From: Trichosphaerium sp. ATCC 40318
Lineage: Eukaryota; Protista; Tubulinea
Reading direction: 5' to 3'
Length of the DNA stretch: 64,000 nt
Assembly (NCBI GenBank): GCA_038496445.1
Contig: JALMLS010000516.1
Location: 186,001 to 250,000 of the forward strand
The notes under the pieces are model-generated. The model did no database searches. It was not told the DNA's origin and worked only from the letters and a program-made list of their open reading frames with translations. Positions 54,181-64,000 of this stretch are shown here, one piece after another (position 1 is the stretch's first letter; every line of letters begins with the position of its first letter). The translations under genes were made by a program, and so were the position numbers.

Positions 54181-55554
54181 CTAAATTCCAGTTTTATTCT
54201 CTCTTGCTCTCACCATGCACTCTCCTTCAAGTTTACCATCAACATAAACACAGTTCCTAAACAATGAACCATCTGTACACCACTCTGAATACTCCCCATG
54301 TAGAGTGCCATTGACGTAAGCACATCTCTTGAGTAAGTGAGTATAATACCACTCTTTAAACTCTCCATGATATTTACCGTTGAGATAATAACACTTCTTT
54401 GTCAGTTTACCATCCTCATGCCACTCTTTGTACTCTCCTTCTTGTTTCCTGACACAATCAAACTTGAGTTTTAATTGCCCATTCCTATGCCACTCCTCAA
54501 AGCTTCCATCGTATTTGTTGTGGATACACATGTAATGATGTGTCAATACACCTTTTTTCGAAGATGACGATGAATACCATAATTTGTACTCTCCATAGAG
54601 TTCACCGTTGACGTAATTGAAATGCTTCTTCAAAATACCATTTTTGTACCATGTCTTGTACTCTCCATTAAGTCTACCTTTGGTGAAATAACATTTCTTC
54701 ATCAGTTGTCCATCGTAGTGCCATTCTTTGTATTCCCCATGTCGTTCATTGTTTACGTAATTACAAATGTTCTTCAATTGACCATCTTTGTACGGAGTGT
54801 TTTCATCTCGATAATTCACATAGGTTGTCGTGTGAATACCTTCAATCTTACCATTCACATAATTACACTCCTCTTTTGACTGGCAGTTCCACATATCAGA
54901 CCATTTAACATACTGGCCATGACGTTTACCATGTTTGTATGTACAGTGTAACTTCAATTTATCACATTTGTACTCTTTGTAGTCTCCGTGAAGTTTACCA
55001 TTTATGTAATTCTGATGCATCACTAACTTTCCATCATTGTCCCACTCTTTATACTCTCCATGAATACCGCCATTGATGTAAGTACACTCCTTCACCAGTT
55101 GGCCATTGCTATGCCATTCTTTGTATTCTCCATGTTGCTCATTGTTCATATAATTAGACAGTATCTTCAATCTACCATTATTGTCATACCATTCTTTGTA
55201 CTCGCCTTGTCGTTCACCGTTGGTATAATTACAGTGCCAAGCTAACTGAGGTATATTCTTATCGTAACTGTTATAGTGCCAGTCTTTGTGTTCTCCATGT
55301 CGTTGACCATGCTTCCAAAAGAATTTTATATAGTCCTTTTGTCCGCTTTGTAAAGGCAGCTCCTTTACCCAACGCCCGTGTTTTTCCATGTCAGAGTCAA
55401 ACCTAGTCATTGTTGCCATGTGTTTTGATAGCAATGGCCATTTTAAATACACTTCAAAGTCCAAGTCGATAATATCTAGTTGTAGCTCTACTGGTAACTG
55501 AAACACGTGACTACACGCTGATATTCCGTTATTCATTCCCTTTTCGCGGTTCAT
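54181..55554 (-). CDS. Intronless F-box-like + MORN-variant repeat protein, about 14 repeats (457 aa)
   Basis: FQLPVELQLDIIDLD..WPLLSK..TRFD..KHGRW plus HGEYKEW units. Confidence 0.9.
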   Translation of the reverse strand: MNREKGMNNGISACSHVFQLPVELQLDIIDLDFEVYLKWPLLSKHMATMTRFDSDMEKHGRWVKELPLQSGQKDYIKFFWKHGQRHGEHKDWHYNSYDKNIPQLAWHCNYTNGERQGEYKEWYDNNGRLKILSNYMNNEQHGEYKEWHSNGQLVKECTYINGGIHGEYKEWDNDGKLVMHQNYINGKLHGDYKEYKCDKLKLHCTYKHGKRHGQYVKWSDMWNCQSKEECNYVNGKIEGIHTTTYVNYRDENTPYKDGQLKNICNYVNNERHGEYKEWHYDGQLMKKCYFTKGRLNGEYKTWYKNGILKKHFNYVNGELYGEYKLWYSSSSSKKGVLTHHYMCIHNKYDGSFEEWHRNGQLKLKFDCVRKQEGEYKEWHEDGKLTKKCYYLNGKYHGEFKEWYYTHLLKRCAYVNGTLHGEYSEWCTDGSLFRNCVYVDGKLEGECMVRARENKTGI

Positions 55555-56303
55555 TAGGCGTAATACTAGCGACTTGATAGGTGTTGTGTTTCCCTGGACG
55601 AGGTGTGAGCGTTGTGTGACTGTACTCCTTATGACCGTTTTTTTTATTGATCCACGTGGATCACATTTTTCTGTGCAGCACAGTTTGGCGCAAAGGCTGC
55701 GTTCTTTTTATTCATTAATGTACGTCTTTGTACCTTCGAACGTCCACTATAATCAACAGTGATAGTCAGGGTTGTTAAATCCCACTAACGTCACCTGTAC
55801 CACATCCAAGAACTAACCTCGGAAACGTTTGTTTGCTTTCGCAGAAATCACGTTTTTACTGAACGTGCCAACGGCGTTCAGCCCAAATATACAAGCCTGT
55901 GAAGCTGATAGTACTATATCCATTCTAATTCTCATCTTGAATGTTAGAATGATATTATAACAGGCTTGGAGCAACAGAAATTAATTAGAACGATGCACTA
56001 TTGAGATACCATGTGCCATATTTATGCAATCACTTGCAGCAAATGTGGCGTCTTCTCCGAGGCTAGACGTACTCATACCTAAGGCGCTAACGAATACGAC
56101 CAAGACAGTAATCCAATACACTCGTGGAGGGAGTTCTCTTATCACAAGTGTACATTCTAAGTGAATATAGCTCTACTACATTCACATATTTATTTAAAGT
56201 TTTTTTGTTGGTACTGGTGTAATAAACTGTCAGCATAACATTTACAATACACTAACTCAGGCTGGTGTACACATTGGCATCCAAATACCTAACTAGTTTT
56301 TGT

Positions 56304-56996
56304 TCACTTTGTCTTTTTTTGCACACCGTTTACATAAAAACAACAATCCACCAAATCACCATCTATCAACCATACCTTATACTGCCCTTCTAATTTTCCA
56401 TTAACATATTTAGTATGCTCATATAATTGTCCATTCTCATGATGCCAAGTCTTGTACTCTCCCTCCAAAACACCTTTTGCATATGAGCAATGAAGCCTTA
56501 ATGTTCCATTCTGGTGCCAGCTTTTGTATTCTCCATCTAAGCATCCTTTGATGTAATGACATTGTTCCTTTAACTGGCCATTCATATGAAATGTCTCATA
56601 CAAACCACTCAACTTGTCATTAACATAGAAGCACGTTTTCTGAATAACACCATTAAAGTACCATTGTGTGCACTTGTTTTCTTTCTTGCCATTGACATAC
56701 TGACAGACATCACTCAAATACCCACTTTTAAACCAATTCTTTTTACAACCATGTTTCACTCCGTGACGGAAATATAACTCCTCTTGTAATACTCCAATCC
56801 CTCTGTTTACATTATCTCTATAAAATCGTCTCCATTTGCCATGCTTGTTAAGATTATCGTCGAACCTAGTCCTGTTTGCTAGCTCTTTGGATAGCAGAGG
56901 TATTTTAATAAATGTTTCAGCGTCTAAGTCCATTATACTAAGCTGAAGCTCCTTCGGAAGCATAAAGAAATAGGTTTTACTCTCTTTTGTATTCAT
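56304..56996 (-). CDS. Intronless F-box-like + MORN-variant repeat protein, 6 repeats (230 aa)
   Basis: FMLPKELQLSIMDLD..IPLLSK..TRFD..KHGKW plus 6 units. Confidence 0.9.
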   Translation of the reverse strand: MNTKESKTYFFMLPKELQLSIMDLDAETFIKIPLLSKELANRTRFDDNLNKHGKWRRFYRDNVNRGIGVLQEELYFRHGVKHGCKKNWFKSGYLSDVCQYVNGKKENKCTQWYFNGVIQKTCFYVNDKLSGLYETFHMNGQLKEQCHYIKGCLDGEYKSWHQNGTLRLHCSYAKGVLEGEYKTWHHENGQLYEHTKYVNGKLEGQYKVWLIDGDLVDCCFYVNGVQKKTK

Positions 56997-57322
56997 TCTG
57001 TAGTAAACATGTACGTTACAATAAAACTGTTATTTTAAAATGCTAGGCGCAATGTTCTACGTAAGTTCGTTGCCATGAATTAATCACGTGACTGTTGACC
57101 AAAGTTTCAGGTGAAAAAAGCGGCCAGAACCAAAAAAGTAGGTGATACAAGCATTTAAATGTATACACTCTGCTGTTCCAGTCACCAGCCGTGTTTTTCT
57201 TTTTTTGTAACTATTTCGCTATTGAGACAAGAGGAAAACTACAAATTGCTCAAAGTGTAGTTCTGGCTTGTTTTCAATGAAATGCTACACAATATCTTAA
57301 GCTAGCGTAAAACGTAAAGAAA

Positions 57323-58432
57323 ATGGGCGGTAAGAGCAGCAAAGCGGAAAAAAGTGAAGGTAGGATACAATACAACTCAATTTGATGTATTTTGCTGGTT
57401 TTGAAAGCGCTACTACGAAATTATACGCCCCACACGCGTTTATACCCTGTTTTCTTGTATTTGACGCATTTGTTTTATTGAATACGACTAATTACTCTCA
57501 TAGCTCCTATAGTACCTGCAACATATGAAAAAGACCCCAACCGTGAATAGTAAATGAACGTTTATGAATAATCCTATATTTAAACGCGGTTCTTTAGTGA
57601 TTATTTATTCAAAGTGTTGACGGTTGGAGATACCTGGGTTGGAAAGACCTCTTTGATAAATAGATTCATAGACCACACGTTTATAGAAGCGTATACACCT
57701 ACAACAAATCAGAGCGATTTTGCACGTGTTTTTTTTGGTCTTATCAATCCCGTGACCTTTCTGACATTGTCTATTTTGAACTGATTTTCCAATTAGAAGT
57801 ATAAAATAATTATGGATAGTGATGATAACAGAATTAAGTTACAAGTATGTGATTTTAATGGTACGTAATATTGAGTATCTTTTAGTACAATCAAGCTCCT
57901 TGCGAGTACAGTACTGTTGTGATTGTGCTTCCGAGGTTTCTTTTTTTTCAGAAATAGTTGGCTGTTTCTCCAAAACCTAATCTTTTGCTACTAGCACCAT
58001 CAAAGTTTAAAGTCAGAAATACATCTCCTTTTAGAGGAATAAGTGGCGCATTACTACTATTTGATAGTACAAACAGACTAAGCTTTAAAAACGTAAACAA
58101 ATGGGTACAACAAATGGATAGATATGGACCAGAAGAGATCCAAACAATTCTTGTTGCATCCAAAACTGATCTTCCATGCAATGAACGTGTGGTCACTACC
58201 AGTGAGGCCAAAGTACATAATAAATACTAACAATATGGTAACTAACTATTGGTGGTAGGAACTAGCCGAAATGTATGGAATGCTATACATTGAGACTTCA
58301 TCTAAAGATGCAATAAATGGTAGCATTTTTTTTCCTAACACTCTTCTTGCACTGAATGAACTCACTTTATATGTAGTTGAAGAAGCATTTATTGAGCTAG
58401 CATCCATGATCATAGAGATGAAAGAACCGTAA
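57323..58432 (+). CDS. Divergent Rab1/8-like GTPase with an N-myristoylation motif and no C-terminal Cys
   Basis: MGGKSSK, EY|DYLFKVLTVGDTWVGKT, IKLQVCD, SKTD, ETSSK; ends EMKEP*. Confidence 0.85.
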
Positions 58433-58599
58433 ATACAACCATTGAGATGCATTATACAACATGTTTACACTGTGACAGTGGCTTCATCCACTTTAAGAAT
58501 ATGCGTTTTATTCGAACAAGGGTAATTCTTTCAGATAAATGGTTGTAAAATCACGTGATACAAAAATGTGCTCTTTTTAACCATTTCTTTTCTTTGAGG

Positions 58600-59946
58600 T
58601 ATATCAATACATCTTGAGGTAAACCAAATTGCTTGTATTCAAATGTCTTCAGATTGAGATAAACACATATCTTGATTTGACCCTTTTATGAATAAGTCTT
58701 TCAAAAAAAACAAGATTTCGAGGTTGACTATTTACCTTTTGGATTATACGTGCTCTAGTTAATTGTGTTGAATCCACGGTGTAATCTTTTAACTCTTTTT
58801 GATAAGACCAAGATATTAGGGACTCTAGAATTTGAAAAATAGTATCTAAAAACTTGATATGTGTTGTATGTTGTAATGTAGTCTCTTCTGAATCTTCAAA
58901 AAACACACCTTCATCGTCTCTATATCTTCTTCTCAGTATTTTTTTACATCCCTTTATTAATAACAGCAGTTGTTAACAAAGTGTAAATTGTTATTAAACT
59001 TACAACGTATTTCCAAAAACTCGATATGTCAGAAAACATTACGTCAGGTTTAACACGCTTGAACAACATATCTTCTGCCCTTAAAAGCAAAAATCAGATT
59101 AGAGTTATACATAAACGTTGTGGGGGTTTTTTAATGAATACCGTCATTGTGAGTGAGGTACGTGCAATTGAAATACAAGGAAAAAGTCAAAGGGATGATA
59201 AAATAGCTTAATTGAAACATGGTGTACCCAGTACTTATGTAAGGAGTACCAGTGAACTCGTGATACATAGACAGTTCAACGTTGACTAACTTATCATTGT
59301 ACATTGCGTAGATACCAGAAATAACAACCTATGTAAGAAGATCAATCAACATCAACAAAGATTGTAAGCTTTAAAAAAAACCATACACAATGTCTGACAA
59401 AATCATCTTGAACACGTTCTCCAAATGCTCGACCACAATTACTTTCAACAGACATTGATCCTGGGTCAATAATGTCTTCAATATCAAACAAATTCGTCAA
59501 CTCATTGTGCATACGGCTGGAGTAAACTGCAATGTTCAGTTTCTGAGCACGTGCCAAATGTACGTACATCTACACATACCACATCAACAAAAAAAACGAC
59601 TACAAAGCATAGATTTGTGTAGCATCGTACGTTGTACCATGATGTAAAGCGTTCTTTTAAAGAATCTCGAACGTGAAAAGATTGTGCGCACTTCTTCTGC
59701 CAAAAGTAGCTGTTGAGCGTTCTATCGCGTAGTGTAGTACAAGTACCACCTTAATAACGTTATTTTTTAAAGCCAAAACAAGTTTGTTTTGAACAACTCC
59801 AAACTTTCTGTTTCTAGCGTACTCAACATTAAAGCAGTTATAACAGATGATTTTAAGAGTATTTGAACGAATAATTCGTTGGGAAGCATTGACCATTCTG
59901 ATGTTTTGTCTCTTTCGCAACGGTTTTTTGCTTGCTTACCATCCAT
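58600..59946 (-). pseudogene. F-box gene with an in-frame stop
   Basis: WSMLPNELFVQILL...NLFWL*KI, with further exon-like segments downstream. The 3' limit is approximate. Confidence 0.5.
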
Positions 59947-60251
59947 GTCAATCTTAAATTGTTTCAAAGCAATGACAGACTTAAGCCTTCGATGTAATGT
60001 AAGGACTGGCTCACGCCGGTCAACTGTAATCAACCTAAATAAACACACTTAATCTCCTCGAGTTCTCCGAGCACCTTCTCCTGTTATATCGATTCATTAC
60101 TTGAAGATTTCTTTATGTTTTTCCCTGAACAAAAGAGTGTAATTGCAAAAAAAACAATGTCAAATATGCCAAGTGAATTTGTAAACGTTTATTAATAACG
60201 AACAAATATATTGCCACAAGGGGGTTTTTACATCAACAAGATTGTTCCTTT

Positions 60252-61902
60252 TTACTTTTTCTGTAAATCAAGTGTACCAAAAACATACTCCTCAATAGGA
60301 TTCATCGAACATTTTCCTCTAGAGGTATACATGAACGTAAAAGGATCACCTGTATCATTCTTCATATCTTTGAGGAAATAGACAATGACTTCAGCATCAT
60401 GCTGAATGTATGACATAACCTCAGCTTTGTACTTACCAACAGTACACTTAATACCACTTTTAACATCCTTAACATAAGATTTCGTTGCAAGTTTCTCATG
60501 CTCCTTCTTTGTCATAGCATCCGATTTTACAAACCTAATAACATCCTTTCCAGGATATGCATCGAAAGGCGTTTTAATGTCATTATAGCTCTCACTCTTA
60601 CCGCCACTACTGGTGGTACCAGCTGCAACAACGATAAGTAAGATAGTTCGCACGTGTAGTTAAAAAACAAAAGATGGTCGTACTTGCTACTGTCCATGCG
60701 GAAGGCATAGTGAACTTTACATTGTAACCTTGTATGTCAAGTTCTTGCTCTTTGAGTTCAAATTCAGTGTCAACTTCGAGAGTATTAAGCAAGTTGTCAT
60801 AAACAGCCTTGTTATCCTTCTTCGCATCTTTACAACGTGTGTATGCAAGGATACCTTTCTGACCAGTAGGCAAACGTTCAACAACACAGTAGATTTGAGA
60901 GATGACAATATCTTCATCTTCAACAGTTGCAACAAACTCAATTTCAACTTCAGCAGCATCACAACCTAGTATCATGTTAGTTTGCGAAGCAACCTAACGC
61001 ACACTGTACCTGCTACTTTTTTGGCTACAATATCTTTCGTAATCTTTACATCTTTGACCTTACAAAGACGATCGGTACTGTTTGAACTACCGTATGCTTT
61101 TTTGATATTTTTATGTCTAAAAAATTCCTTATCTGTATTCTTCAGAGCAGCAATATAGGTATTTACAGCATCCTTAGCGCTTCCTGAAACTGCTTTTTGT
61201 TCCATAGTAATCCTAAATCATTTAAGAATACAACACGTGGCAAGAAAAAGTAGTAACAAATTACCTTTCCAATTTTGTCTCTCCAAAAGTCATTTCAGGC
61301 GATAAAAACTCTGAATCAGTCGTGAGCCAAGCAGCAGGCATATGTCCCATAACATAGTCCTCAAAAGAGTATGGATAGCGTCTTACTCTGTCATAACCGT
61401 AAAGTACAGTAACGAAATCACCAATTGTTATTTTTCCGCGTTTCTCTGCGTCCATTAGTGCGTATACGTCGTTAACGAATTCTAGGCGATACTAGTAAGC
61501 GATAGACAAAAATAGTCGCAAAGAAAGCCTTTGTTCGGAGTTGTGATAGTTTTTTGATCACCATACTGCTCAAACCTACTGAGAACTCACCATCGTCCGA
61601 CTTTCCGCCTGTTACGTCATCTTTTTTGTCAATGCCATTTAGTTCTACAAGTTCGTCTTTTTCGTACAGTTCAAGGCAAGAAGCTATACAAGCCTTTGCT
61701 TGTTCTTCTGTGAGCCAAGCTAGAGTCTAAAATAAAGAATAAGCTATTTCAGCCCATTACTAGTTAAATGCGCTAAAAGTGAGTCCTAGTGCAACACGCT
61801 TCGTACACCATCTGTGTCATGCTCGTAAAACTTCTTGACAAGCTTTGATCTGTTTTTGTAATGACTCAATCCTTTGCAAAGTGTTGCTTGTTTAGCGCCC
61901 AT
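60252..61902 (-). CDS. MG-start protein with degenerate EF-hands and two possible PsbP/Mog1-like domains
   Basis: MGAKQAT, FYEHDTD, MDAEKRGKITIGDF, and repeated MPAAW / FTMPSAW domain starts. Confidence 0.65.
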
Positions 61903-62544
61903 TGTTGTGTATGTGGTGTAACTGTATTAATTGGCTAAGTTTAAACGCCAAGACTTATTCGTACTTACTTCACGAGATGTTCATGCCTTTAAACCCGATA
62001 CTCCTAGCGCAGCGTCAACAAGCAGCTATATAGAGTTAAAATCTATTCATGAGCTTAAAGCACTTCAAATTCTGTGTTCGCAAAAAGTTAGGACAACTCA
62101 AAAGTTCCTTTTCGGAATTGGGTTGTCAAACGTGGACTTCTCACGTGACTATTGTCATTTGTAAATAGTTGATAGCACCTTCCGTGGTTGGGGTGCAAAA
62201 GGTTCCTTGTGTACACACCCGACAAGGGTCGTAACAGTAAAAAGTTAGGATTCAACATTATTCATTAAATGAACATTTCACAAAAGCATACTGCAAACAC
62301 TTTTTTTGGTTTATTGTCCTTTCAATGCCAATGTTTTCCGAAGTTCAACTGCACACTTACGCATTTGGAAGTACTGGCACAGCAGATTTTTACACATAAG
62401 CCAAGTTAAGTTACTATGACGTCTACTGATAATCGCAGCTTGTAAAGCATCAATGAGGCTAGATAACCGCGTAAAGATAGCATTATTGGGCGCTTTACTC
62501 ATTTTTAGTTTAGTACGCATAAATAAAACCGTATTATACTGAAA

Positions 62545-63361
62545 ATGCGTGTATGTTGTCTTCTTTCCACAAATCCGAGCGAATTATACATTTGAACCGC
62601 TTCCAAACCATAAAACATTTAAAACCTTGAGCAGGTGGACACTAACATCCCCAACACTCTTTCTTACCTATTGAAACAGATATCTCACTTTTAACAGTCC
62701 ACCTCGTGTTGCTATTGAACGACATGCAGTAAAGTTACCAAGTGGTGAAGTAGAACCAAATTGGCTCTGGGTACGCACTACTGAGCGAATAAAATGATAT
62801 TGAAGGTCTTCTACATAGATTGTTACACCTCCTTACGTTAATGTCATGGCTGTTACGGAACAAGGAACAGTTTTAGTATTCAAACAAGAAAAATATGCAA
62901 CAGGCACGTGATTATTTTTTTGTGTCATGGTTTAACCTCTTCTTACTTTGGATAAGATGGGGTTTCGTTGGCGGCCTGTGGAGGATATATTGATGAAGGA
63001 GAGACTCCATTAATGGCAGCTAAAAGAGAATTAATGGAAGAAACAGGGTACAAAGCCAAGGAATGGACCTTCCTTGGTACATATGCAAGTGATGCTAATC
63101 GTGGTACGCTAGCACTTTGTTGTTGAGTTCCTAAACACGACAGGATCTGGCACTGGTCATCTTTTCTTGGCTCAAGGCGCCTTCAAGGCAGACAAGAAAC
63201 TCGTACAAGCTGATGAAGAAAGTCAAGAATTGATGGAAATGACATTGAGCGAGCTTGAAGATGCCTTAGCTGAAAACGAGTTTAAAGTGACATCATGGTC
63301 GCTCACATATGCATTGGGTCAAGTACACATGAAGAGAAAGCAAAAACAAAGTAAAAAATAA
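62545..63361 (+). CDS. Nudix hydrolase (ADP-ribose pyrophosphatase-like); start uncertain
   Basis: Nudix box GGYIDEGETPLMAAKRELMEETGY. Confidence 0.88.
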
Positions 63362-63607
63362 ACATCCTGTACGACCAAAGAGCTCGAGTAAGACTTGCCT
63401 TTCGATGACACGTGGAGATGTAACGAAGAGTCAAATATACAAATGTGACACCTTTGACGCCAGATTTGGTCGTCATAAAGTTTTTGACCGAGTTTGGGAG
63501 CACTAAAGCATAAAATGATAAGTTTAACATGCAATACGTAAAAATGTTTCATTTCGCTCAAGCACACTGCTGAGGGTGTTATTTACAAGTTGAGAGTGTT
63601 TTGCGGT

Positions 63608-63997
63608 CTAATGCATCTGTTGTGTTGCGCTTTGAAGCGCATTTAATCTTTCCATTATTTTAGCGAGAGTTTGGTTCACTTTGGCCATTCTCTTGCGTGC
63701 TGCTATAAGCTTGGCAACGTACGGCGCTAGAACAGGCACTTCAGAATACCCCATAAACTTTTCGAGTGCTAGTTACGTGTTAAACAGTATCATAATAGAG
63801 CAGTTTATCGTATTACCCGCAGATAACTGGTCAATCTGATCTGAAAGTTGTTGCTGGCTCATAAATACACCTTTAATACGATCATCGCATTCAGTGACCA
63901 CTGGTGTTAATAATTGCATTAGCCCATCGGCAAAAACTTCTTTGGTTGGTTTAGGGCCTTCTTCGCTCGCTTTTGAGTCGGTTGGAGCGTCAGACAT
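63608..63997 (-). CDS. SNAPIN: BLOC-1/BORC subunit SNAPIN
   Basis: FADGLMQLLTPVV...SQQQLSDQIDQLS|A...LAPYVAKLIAARKRMAKVNQTLAKIMERL matches the Snapin pattern. Confidence 0.85.
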
Positions 63998-64000
63998 TGT

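Overview
This window is compact, AT-rich eukaryotic DNA, probably from a free-living protist or amoeba (inferred). Most genes are broken by many 30-100 nt spliceosomal introns, so the supplied ORF track shows mostly exon fragments or spurious frames. I spliced the genes by hand. Recognisable genes are SHMT, a CBM+GH10 xylanase, selenoprotein K (in-frame UGA plus a SECIS), a Cys-type SelO, a tandem DUF302 protein, ERG2/sigma-1, a class-3 lipase, a Nudix hydrolase, SNAPIN, three divergent small GTPases and an F-box/SNF2 helicase. Four things stand out. (1) A family of F-box-like + MORN-variant-repeat genes, all on the minus strand: 5 intact and intronless, 2 decayed, with 5-14 repeats each, among about 12 F-box loci. 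(2) Two related CAGG...CCTG TIR transposons with 2-bp TSDs inside the helicase gene; the exonic one can be spliced out in frame (introner-like). (3) A relaxed splice code with many GC donors and AAG acceptors, plus strong TCACGTGA enrichment. (4) A hidden selenoprotein whose C-terminus depends on an intron just after the Sec codon.
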